Of a DNA stretch of 20,000 bases, positions 9,430 through 16,915 are shown one piece after another. Below the pieces are notes generated by a model, which made no database searches, had not been told where the DNA came from, and saw only the letters and a program-made list of their open reading frames with translations. The DNA is taken from IMG/VR virus record IMGVR_UViG_3300025635_000023; one strand, written 5' to 3'. Position 1 is the stretch's first letter; the number at the start of each line of letters is the position of its first letter. The position numbers and the translations under genes are program-made. The DNA is from an uncultured virus (IMG/VR IMGVR_UViG_3300025635_000023). Its lineage: Duplodnaviria; Heunggongvirae; Uroviricota; Caudoviricetes.

Positions 9430-11651
9430 TGTCAGATAACAAACGTAGATCCCTTCCAAGAATTGATAATAACTATCAGATAGATCTTCGCTATCCAGAT
9501 ATCAATGATTTTCTCAAAGACACTTCCTTTGCACTTTTAGATAATCAGACAACAGAGATTTCTAGAATATCTAATGTCCAGTTAATTTACAGCAGCGCTC
9601 GGTCGGCACAGCAGGTAATGATTAACTCGTTTGTTACTTTTTTTAAGTTAAGTGATGTAATCATTTTTGCGTTTACCGAAGATCAAGAGTTATTGTACGA
9701 TTTTTTAATAGTCCCTTCGCTGTTAAACGTTCAACTTACACAATTCACAGCAACTCGTTCTAATCAAGAGGCACTTGTTCAATCCGTTCAGAATTACGCA
9801 AATGCTAATTTAACTGATGCTGCAAATTTTAATATCCAAATTAGTGCTAGTAAGATTGCTTCTCTTTTGACTGACGCTTTGCACTATAAATTACAAAGTA
9901 TTCTCGCAGCATTAGATTCAGTAGAAATAGGAGACCCGTACGTTTATTTTAGAAATAACTTATCTAGCTTAACAATGCAACTTGATTTTTTGTATCGATC
10001 TACAAGTTCGAGTGAGTATCAAACAGGATTTTCTCTGCAAGTAAAGTTTGAGTATTTAGTTCAAGTAGAGTCACCTGAGCCACTTGTTTCAAGTGCCTCT
10101 GTATCTGTCCCGGTCTACAATAAAAACAGTAATCAACTTTCAATTCTTCTTAACGGGAAATTTACTCGATCGGGTCAACTTTCTTTTTCTTTTTTGAAAA
10201 ACAATTTATTGACTAATAGTTCTTTAAAATTACCTATAACAACCAACACGTTATTTACTGCAAACGAGTCTTTAGGTATGAGTGACTACGTTATTGATGC
10301 GGTTAGTGGTCTTTACATAGATCAGCCTAAATTGACATATAATTACTTTTTTAAACCTGATTCCACTACGGTTACTTATACGGGAGTATTTTTTTCAAAT
10401 TTTACACATAAACCGACAACATCAAAGTTAAATTTAGATACTAGTAATTATACCTGCTCTTACAAAGCTGAAAATAATCTCTACAATGTAACAATTGGTC
10501 TTAGAGTTACACCAGTTAGTACTTCAGCTGGGATTTTTAATCAGCTTCTTCATGAAAGTACCAGTGAACCTAAAAATCCGGTGCAGCTACGGTATCAATT
10601 AAAACTGAGTGAGTATGTTATGAAAGAAAATTTACGAGGAATCGAGTTAGATACTGCCTCTGGACAATTATTGATAATTGGGTCAGTGAGTAAGAGGACG
10701 GCAAGCCCAGCGTCTCAGTTCACTGCTTTTAAAAGCGGCTCACACTCTAATACTTACTCTTCAACTCAAGTTGAAGCAGATGGTGTCTTTTTCCAAAAGT
10801 GTAGTATTCGTGTAGGTAAGTCGTTTGTTAATCAAGCCGATTATACTTCAGTCAGTCTTAGCAATATCGAGACTTCGTTTCAAGTGTCCGCCGATCGTTC
10901 GGCACCGTTAAGTACAACTAACATAAACGTGGTGGATATCTTGTTTAAGTGGACTAATCTTACCAGCACTGAATTAGCTGCGCTTTACCTTATGACAACT
11001 AGTAAACAACTGTCGTTTATTTTTTACGATTCTTTTTTTAACGAATTAGCAACTTCTTCCTTTACTAACATACCCACCGTCGTTACGCGGGCGGAGTCAC
11101 CGTTTATTAATCCCCAGCAGTGGGTGTTTTACGGACAAATTACCGGATCTTCTATTTTTCAACCTAAGTCGTTAATTCCATTCACTGCATTAACAGTAAA
11201 TGGCACACCGCTTGATGTTGTAAATCAACTACGCGTCATCTCGGCTACAACGTTTGATTTTGATAGTATCTCGGTACCAATAAACGAATCATTTTCGTTT
11301 AATACTAAATTGATTTGTATTGCAGAGTATGCTCAGATAGTAAATAAAGTCGAAACATACAAATACTCGACTATTAATCTACCGTTGGTCGAGGGGGTAC
11401 ATTACTCAATTGAAAAGTTTTTAATAGGTGGCTCTCAAATAAGAAAGATACTTATAAGCAGCGATCAGAGAAAACTAATAGCTAAGGCACTTCAATTTAC
11501 AACAAATCAAAAATACAGGTTAAGTATCTTGCTTCCTTTTGACTTTGTTAGACAGTATGGAGTAGCTAATGTGACAAAACATCTTGTTCGTTCGACTTTG
11601 TCACTGCCGACTAACAAATATACTTACGGTTATATATGGAGGGTCAAATGA
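9429..11651 (+). CDS. Hypothetical protein, probably virion structural (Ser/Thr/Phe-rich)
   Basis: 740-aa ORF coupled by TAATG upstream and ATGA downstream within the tail operon. No recognisable motif. Confidence 0.5.
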   Translation: MSDNKRRSLPRIDNNYQIDLRYPDINDFLKDTSFALLDNQTTEISRISNVQLIYSSARSAQQVMINSFVTFFKLSDVIIFAFTEDQELLYDFLIVPSLLNVQLTQFTATRSNQEALVQSVQNYANANLTDAANFNIQISASKIASLLTDALHYKLQSILAALDSVEIGDPYVYFRNNLSSLTMQLDFLYRSTSSSEYQTGFSLQVKFEYLVQVESPEPLVSSASVSVPVYNKNSNQLSILLNGKFTRSGQLSFSFLKNNLLTNSSLKLPITTNTLFTANESLGMSDYVIDAVSGLYIDQPKLTYNYFFKPDSTTVTYTGVFFSNFTHKPTTSKLNLDTSNYTCSYKAENNLYNVTIGLRVTPVSTSAGIFNQLLHESTSEPKNPVQLRYQLKLSEYVMKENLRGIELDTASGQLLIIGSVSKRTASPASQFTAFKSGSHSNTYSSTQVEADGVFFQKCSIRVGKSFVNQADYTSVSLSNIETSFQVSADRSAPLSTTNINVVDILFKWTNLTSTELAALYLMTTSKQLSFIFYDSFFNELATSSFTNIPTVVTRAESPFINPQQWVFYGQITGSSIFQPKSLIPFTALTVNGTPLDVVNQLRVISATTFDFDSISVPINESFSFNTKLICIAEYAQIVNKVETYKYSTINLPLVEGVHYSIEKFLIGGSQIRKILISSDQRKLIAKALQFTTNQKYRLSILLPFDFVRQYGVANVTKHLVRSTLSLPTNKYTYGYIWRVK

Positions 11652-13813
11652 CAAACTCGGATTATCTATTAAATTTAAACACAGAGCAATCTATTTCTTA
11701 CGCTGACTCGTATGGAAGATTTCAGACTCAACTTCCTCTTCTGTTTTCATACCCTACTCAATCCGGTTCTCTAAATCCAAACGATTTGTACTCGGATAAT
11801 TCGGAACAGTATTTAGCATATCCAGCAGGGGTACATCAGACTACTGTAACAACGAGTCAGCTGGATCGCTATGGTAGCATTACTCTAACAACCAGTGGTT
11901 CAATTTCTTTTTATGTGCAGTCAATGGAGTACGCGGGCGACAGTAATCCCGCGTACATTGCCGGACCTTATATAGTATCTGGTGAAGGTGGTTTAGACGA
12001 TTTATTTATTGCGACTTACTACGATGACACACCGCAAAATCCATTTGCAAACAGCTTCTCGATTACAACTCCGGGTACATACTCAGTAGTTTTCCCTAGT
12101 CCTCTAGTAAGTCGTGCTTTCACAATTACTCACTCGGGCTCAAGTACTTATAGCATAAGTCAAATACTTCCGCGAAAAATTATACAAAAGTATGATATAG
12201 AAGTTAACTCTATTAAGGCGTATCATGTGTCTTCAACGCTTATCGATACAATTGCACTACAAGTTTCGGACTCTATTGTAGTAGGGTCAGGCTTAATTGG
12301 TGACAAAAGCATCGATGGTGGTAAGATTATTGACGGAACAATTTCGGGTGTGTTAATTGCAAACGGAACGGTAACGGGCAATAACGTACAGGCTGGTACG
12401 ATATCTGGCGTGCTTATTGCAGGATCGACAATCACTGGTGATAAAATTGTAGCAGCTACGATCTCAGGTTCTTTGATTACTGCGGGTACGTTAACTGCTG
12501 ATAAGATTGCCTCCAACACCCTTACCGCCGCTCAGATTGCTGATGGAACTATAACTGGAGCAAAAATTGTAGCAGGAACTGTCTCAGGTGTGCTTATTAC
12601 CGATAATGCAATCTCAGCAAGTAAGATTCAAGCTAACACAATTACTGGTGATAAAATTGCTGCTAATACAATCTCCGGTTCTTTAATTACTGCCGCTACT
12701 ATATCAGGTAGTCTGATAGCGGCAAATACAATTACTGCCGACAAATTATCCGTAGCTCAATTAGATGCAGTTGCGGCAAATATGGGGACTCTTACAGTTA
12801 ATAGTGACATTACAGTTTCAGGAAGTGGGTACATCAAAGCGGGTAAAACAAAAATTGATACTAATGGTATGAGCGTTGGTAGCCTAGCAAGTCCACTTAA
12901 CCAGACAAACCTTCCGGGACTCAATTCTAATGTACTTACTATTGTAACTTCAGGAACATCTGGTGACCTACAAGGTATAGCGATGTTCAATGTCGCTCAA
13001 AGCACAGTCAGTCCACAAGCATCAATTAACCTTGATGGTACGACTACACTTGAGATTGCAAATAATGTTACCAGTAACGATGCTTCAATCCATGTTAACT
13101 TCAAAGATTCTTATACAGGAGCATTTAGAATTTACAACGGTAATCTAGATCTACGCCGTACTCCCGACGCAGTCTCTAATTTACCTCCGGGAGCTATTAG
13201 GGGTTATGCAGACTCGATTCCCGACGCAGTAATCTACGAATTAAGTCAAGACAGAATAAATTTATCAAGTTACACTGGAACAACCATTTACAATGTTGAA
13301 GCTAGTACTGGAGCGGTTACAATAACAGGGGATGTGGCTGTTAACACAAATAAAGTAAGTATCGTAGCGTCAAATGGAAATACCGATATTCGTGGTAATG
13401 TAACTGTTAGCGGTAGTATTTCACATAGAGACGCAGGAATTTTATCAAGGTCTGCGGGGCAGACTGTCAATGCTGGTACTTCTGCAAGAGTGCAACTAAA
13501 CGTTGCTGGTACCGGTAATATTTTAGGTAACGCAACAACATACGAAGTTACTGTTACTAATGCCGGTCTTTACCTTGTAAACGCCGCCGTGACTTCTACT
13601 ACCACTAACTTACCATGGAATGTGCGCCAAAACGCAACTAGTTTTACAACAGGCACGCAAATGTTACCCGGGCTTACATTTAATGACGGGCGGTCACTTA
13701 ATACAACTATATTTTATTTAAGTGCAAACGATACTGTCGGACTTTTTGTAAATAACACTGGTGGCAGCTCTATTAGCGTAACTGGTGCTTTAAGAGTAGT
13801 GAGGTTAACATGA
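11648..13813 (+). CDS. Tail fibre/receptor-binding protein with decapeptide repeats and C1q/BclA-like C-terminal domain
   Basis: Start placed at ATG 11648 (SD ggaggg at 11638-11643; ATGA overlap with the previous stop). About 15 decapeptide repeats end in ITADKLSVAQLDAVAANMG. The C-terminus has VTVTNAGLYLVNAAV...IFYLSANDTVGLFV. A fibre chaperone gene follows. Confidence 0.8.
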   Translation: MTNSDYLLNLNTEQSISYADSYGRFQTQLPLLFSYPTQSGSLNPNDLYSDNSEQYLAYPAGVHQTTVTTSQLDRYGSITLTTSGSISFYVQSMEYAGDSNPAYIAGPYIVSGEGGLDDLFIATYYDDTPQNPFANSFSITTPGTYSVVFPSPLVSRAFTITHSGSSTYSISQILPRKIIQKYDIEVNSIKAYHVSSTLIDTIALQVSDSIVVGSGLIGDKSIDGGKIIDGTISGVLIANGTVTGNNVQAGTISGVLIAGSTITGDKIVAATISGSLITAGTLTADKIASNTLTAAQIADGTITGAKIVAGTVSGVLITDNAISASKIQANTITGDKIAANTISGSLITAATISGSLIAANTITADKLSVAQLDAVAANMGTLTVNSDITVSGSGYIKAGKTKIDTNGMSVGSLASPLNQTNLPGLNSNVLTIVTSGTSGDLQGIAMFNVAQSTVSPQASINLDGTTTLEIANNVTSNDASIHVNFKDSYTGAFRIYNGNLDLRRTPDAVSNLPPGAIRGYADSIPDAVIYELSQDRINLSSYTGTTIYNVEASTGAVTITGDVAVNTNKVSIVASNGNTDIRGNVTVSGSISHRDAGILSRSAGQTVNAGTSARVQLNVAGTGNILGNATTYEVTVTNAGLYLVNAAVTSTTTNLPWNVRQNATSFTTGTQMLPGLTFNDGRSLNTTIFYLSANDTVGLFVNNTGGSSISVTGALRVVRLT
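12305..12793 (+). repeat. Coding tandem repeat, 30 nt/10 aa, about 15 units
   Basis: GTISGVLIAN/GTVTGNNVQA/GTISGVLIAG/STITGDKIVA/ATISGSLITA/GTLTADKIAS/NTLTAAQIAD/GTITGAKIVA/GTVSGVLITD/NAISASKIQA/NTITGDKIAA/NTISGSLITA/ATISGSLIAA/NTITADKLSV. Confidence 0.9.
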
Positions 13814-14082
13814 GAGTTATTGAAATTTTTCCTATGGTGCGTTGGATTGAGATTGAGCCTGTGGGGGTAGAGCGTATTGAACCGCACGAGCAATGGGCTT
13901 TAGATGTAATCAGAAAAGAGCGAAACAGGCTCCTTAGTGAATCAGATTGGCGAGTCTTACCGGATTCTCCAATAACTAACAAAAATGAATGGTACGCGTA
14001 TCGACAGTCTTTAAGAGATTTTCCAGAACTCGTACTAGCTCAAAAATTTAACAATGTTGCTTGGCCGACACCTCCAAGTTGA
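13810..14082 (+). CDS. Phage tail (fibre) assembly chaperone
   Basis: IRKERNRLLSESDWRVLPDSP...WYAYRQSLRDFPE...WPTPP is the hallmark of the phage tail assembly chaperone family. It is ATGA-coupled to the fibre gene. Confidence 0.9.
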   Translation: MRVIEIFPMVRWIEIEPVGVERIEPHEQWALDVIRKERNRLLSESDWRVLPDSPITNKNEWYAYRQSLRDFPELVLAQKFNNVAWPTPPS

Positions 14083-14107
14083 CAAGAGTCTCAAAAATAA
14101 CTATAAT
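14079..14107 (+). promoter_or_regulatory. Perfect-consensus sigma70-type promoter
   Basis: TTGACA (14079-14084), 17-nt spacer, TATAAT (14102-14107), at the junction of the tail module and the next gene. Confidence 0.85.
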
Positions 14108-14118
14108 TAGGAGTGACT

Positions 14119-14703
14119 ATGATAACAACAAGTGGTAATCTTGATTATCTAATCGACTCAGTGCGAATACGCTTGGGTGATTTTAGTGGTACGGCATTTT
14201 CTAGTGCGCTGGTGCGTACATCGTTAGTAAACTCTGTGAAGCAACTGCAAAAGCGATGGAGGGCAAAGTACCAGATACTTACTGCGGATGCAATTGCAGA
14301 CTTACAACCTCAGGGGGCTGCTGAGTCCGGTCAACTGTGGGTAAGCACAGTTAATGGGTATGCATTTATAAGTTCATCATTTAATGTAAACGATGTTTAT
14401 AGAAATCCATTTTTAGATTTTGATCAGCCGGATCCCCCAGTAATTGAGCAGATTGATGAAGATGCCATTGTATTAATGGCTGTGTATTTAATTCATTTGG
14501 CTAAGATTACAAGTAGCTCAACTACTTTCGTTTCATGGTCAACAGAAGATTTAAAATACACAAATACTGAGTCTTCTAGAGCAATGAAAGTCGTTCTCGA
14601 CGCGTTGCTAGAGGAAATAAATTACCTGTTTAAAACAAAAATTGCGGTGCCGAAATCGACAAGACAGCCCGTAAATATTGTTACAGGGACTAAGTACTAT
14701 TAA
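14119..14703 (+). CDS. Putative head-tail adaptor/connector-like protein
   Basis: The N-terminal LIDSVRIRLGDFSGTAFSSALVRTSL resembles the VRxxIGD...FSD helix-loop-helix of head-completion proteins, and the C-terminus has WSTEDLKYTN. The start is either GTG 14113 or ATG 14119 (SD aggag at 14109-14113). Confidence 0.5.
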   Translation: MITTSGNLDYLIDSVRIRLGDFSGTAFSSALVRTSLVNSVKQLQKRWRAKYQILTADAIADLQPQGAAESGQLWVSTVNGYAFISSSFNVNDVYRNPFLDFDQPDPPVIEQIDEDAIVLMAVYLIHLAKITSSSTTFVSWSTEDLKYTNTESSRAMKVVLDALLEEINYLFKTKIAVPKSTRQPVNIVTGTKYY

Positions 14704-14713
14704 AGGAGTTCTT

Positions 14714-15910
14714 ATGGGAAGAATTGTACCAGTACAGAAAAAGATGCTGTACATCGGGGATTTTCCAGTGCAAACTGGTTTCGGAGTTGTCAGTAAGAAT
14801 TTGATTGAAACGTTCCGTAAAAAATATGATTTACACATTATGGGTGTGAACTATTACGGTGACTATGACCCACTGTGCGAAGGACTTAAAGTGTACCCGG
14901 CTTCTCTTGGTGGTGGGGACGTTTGGGGTAAGGAACGTCTTGAAAGTATGGTGCGATCAATTCGACCGGATGTTATTTTCATACTGAATGACTCTTGGAT
15001 TGCTAACGACTACATTGCTGTTCTTTTACAAATTAAGGATCAACAGTTTAAAACTGTTTTGTATACCCCAATTGATGCAGAGAATGTTAAAAAGGATTTT
15101 GCACAAGGGCTTCAGAAATTTGATGCTGTAGCTACATACACTAATTTCGGTAAAGAGCAGCTGGCAAAAGTAGACGTTGCTGATGTCTTTGTAGTTCCAC
15201 ACGGAGTAGATACTACGATGTTTCACCCCATTGACGTGCCGCGTGCGATTTTGCGTCAACAAATGAATCTAAAAGATACGGACTATATTGTTTTGTGTTT
15301 GCAGCGTAATCAACCACGTAAAAGACTTGATTTAACGTTTTATTATTTTTCTGAATGGGTGAAGCGATACAATTTATCTAAGGATGTAAAGATCTACTAT
15401 CACGGTGCTTTGCAGGATTTCGGTATTGATATAATTCAGTGGTGTGAGTATTTAGGTATCGAGGATCGTCTGGTAATTTCATCACCAAATATCACAGCTG
15501 CAAAGGGCCTGACTCCGCAGCAACTAAACATGGTATATAATAATGCCGATGTTTTTTTCACAACTACGGCGGCAGAGGGTTGGTGTTTACCAGTGGCAGA
15601 AGCAATGGCTGCAGGAAAGCCGGCAATTATTCCAAACCACTCAGCTTTGAGTGAGTGGCCCGAAGGTAATGCGGTGTACATGGACTGCTATCCCTTCCCT
15701 CAACTTACAGATCGCGGATTAAACACAATTCATCATGTAACAGAAATGGAAAGCGCGATTCAAGCGCTTCACTACATGTACACAAATCAAGAAAAGCGTA
15801 ATGAACTCGGCCAAAAATCATTAGAGCATATGCGTAGCGCAAAATTCTCATGGAAGAATATTGGAAGTCAGTTCGTGGAGATTATCGATGGACTCTTTAA
15901 AAATCAGTAA
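14714..15910 (+). CDS. GT-B fold, family 4-like glycosyltransferase
   Basis: GDFPVQTGFGVV, VVPHGVDTTMFHP, RNQPRKRLD and the EX7E motif EGWCLPVAEAMAAGKPAI. Start set at ATG 14714 (SD aaggag at 14703-14708). Confidence 0.9.
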   Translation: MGRIVPVQKKMLYIGDFPVQTGFGVVSKNLIETFRKKYDLHIMGVNYYGDYDPLCEGLKVYPASLGGGDVWGKERLESMVRSIRPDVIFILNDSWIANDYIAVLLQIKDQQFKTVLYTPIDAENVKKDFAQGLQKFDAVATYTNFGKEQLAKVDVADVFVVPHGVDTTMFHPIDVPRAILRQQMNLKDTDYIVLCLQRNQPRKRLDLTFYYFSEWVKRYNLSKDVKIYYHGALQDFGIDIIQWCEYLGIEDRLVISSPNITAAKGLTPQQLNMVYNNADVFFTTTAAEGWCLPVAEAMAAGKPAIIPNHSALSEWPEGNAVYMDCYPFPQLTDRGLNTIHHVTEMESAIQALHYMYTNQEKRNELGQKSLEHMRSAKFSWKNIGSQFVEIIDGLFKNQ

Positions 15911-16052
15911 GATCAACAAAAAATACATAAAAAGACTCTTGACACGACTTGAGGAGTCTGGTATAGTAACTCCAGAGATTCGGAAAGCAGTGCTTGATGA
16001 ACTCAATTCGATGGCGAGAGAAATCGCCGCAATGCACAAGGAGCATGACTAA
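15888..16052 (+). CDS. Small hypothetical helical protein (54 aa)
   Basis: SD ggag (15877-15880) and ATG 15888. It fills the gap between the GT and SSB genes, with its stop one base before the next ATG. Sequence: MDSLKISKINKKYIKRLLTRLEESGIVTPEIRKAVLDELNSMAREI. Confidence 0.55.
   Translation: MDSLKISKINKKYIKRLLTRLEESGIVTPEIRKAVLDELNSMAREIAAMHKEHD
15939..15967 (+). promoter_or_regulatory. Near-consensus sigma70 promoter with extended -10, upstream of the replication module
   Basis: TTGACA (15939-15944), 17-nt spacer, TATAGT (15962-15967), with TG at 15959-15960 and an A-rich UP-like tract upstream (caacaaaaaatacataaaaag). Confidence 0.75.
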
Positions 16053-16053
16053 G

Positions 16054-16848
16054 ATGGCATTTGGCAAGATGATTGAATCGATCCCGACCTACAGCTCACC
16101 GAGCGCGGCTCAACAGACCAACGTGTTTATTAACACACGCGAAGGTAAGCGTATTATCCGCTTCCTTCCTGATTTGGTCAACCCAACGGAACCCATGATT
16201 GGACCTACGGTGTTGTCAGTGTGGATGCCTGTGGCTAAGAACGGGCAATTGGTTCAGCGTCGCATTTTTGTGGACAGCTTGACTCGCGCTGTACTGCCTG
16301 CTAAGGTGAACGAAGCAGTCCGCTGTCGCTTTTTTATGAACGTGTTGGACAAGTCAATGGTGGTTAAGCTTGAGAATGGTTCGGTCGTGTATGCGAACAA
16401 TCAGAATCAGTTTATTACTGTGCTGGACGGTCAGACACAAACACTTACCTCTTATAAGCCCGAGCGTCATATGGCGATTCAGGTGCTTGAGGGATCTGTT
16501 TCATCCGGGGAAGGTCGCAATGGCATGTTGAATGACATTGAGGAACTTTCGAAGACGATTTTTGACGATGATACGGGTAAGCTGATTCCTATCACGGAGA
16601 TTGATATTGAGATTATCACGCGTGGTAAGGAGATTAAGACGACACGTAGTGTGCATGTGGGCACAAATCGTGATCCTATTCCGGGTTCGCTGCTGTCTGC
16701 ACCGCGTTTTGATTTGGCCAAGTATGCTCGCCCATTCCCAATGGACGCTGTTAAGGATCTGGTCAAGGGCGCCGACTACGGTGATGTGTGCAAAGCATAC
16801 AACATTGAAGTGATGCCGAAGCTTGCTGAGACCCCAGAGTTATTCTAG
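16054..16848 (+). CDS. Putative single-stranded DNA-binding protein (T4 gp32-like)
   Basis: EGKRIIRFLP, RFFMNVLD and DIEIITRGKEIKTTRSV motifs, an acidic/aromatic C-terminal tip (AETPELF), and a position directly before primase and helicase. Start ATG 16054 lies 10 nt after SD aaggag. Confidence 0.6.
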   Translation: MAFGKMIESIPTYSSPSAAQQTNVFINTREGKRIIRFLPDLVNPTEPMIGPTVLSVWMPVAKNGQLVQRRIFVDSLTRAVLPAKVNEAVRCRFFMNVLDKSMVVKLENGSVVYANNQNQFITVLDGQTQTLTSYKPERHMAIQVLEGSVSSGEGRNGMLNDIEELSKTIFDDDTGKLIPITEIDIEIITRGKEIKTTRSVHVGTNRDPIPGSLLSAPRFDLAKYARPFPMDAVKDLVKGADYGDVCKAYNIEVMPKLAETPELF

Positions 16849-16860
16849 TTTTTAGTCCGG

Positions 16861-16902
16861 TGTTGGCGGTGAGGTAAATTCTCACCGCCAACATTTTTGT
16901 TT
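16861..16902 (+). terminator. Rho-independent terminator
   Basis: 13-bp stem tgttggcggtgag / ctcaccgccaaca, 7-nt loop, followed by tttttgttt. Confidence 0.85.
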
Positions 16903-16915
16903 AGAGGAGTAAAGC

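Noticed and set aside
12305..12793. 30-nt periodic repeats as a possible CRISPR array
   Set aside because: The repeats are degenerate at third codon positions, conserved at the protein level and have no unique spacers, so they are a coding repeat.
13162..13231. 12-bp direct repeat tcccgacgcagt (PDAV twice) in the fibre gene
   Set aside because: It is short and in frame, with no invertase or att context. It is most likely a small local duplication or chance.
13430..14110. Diversity-generating retroelement target at the fibre C-terminus
   Set aside because: I saw no reverse transcriptase and no second near-identical copy differing at adenines in this window. One elsewhere in the genome cannot be excluded.
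11636..16053. ORF-track starts at 11636, 14678, 15861 and 15994
   Set aside because: Downstream ATGs at 11648, 14714, 15888 and 16054 have well-spaced SD motifs and avoid long overlaps.
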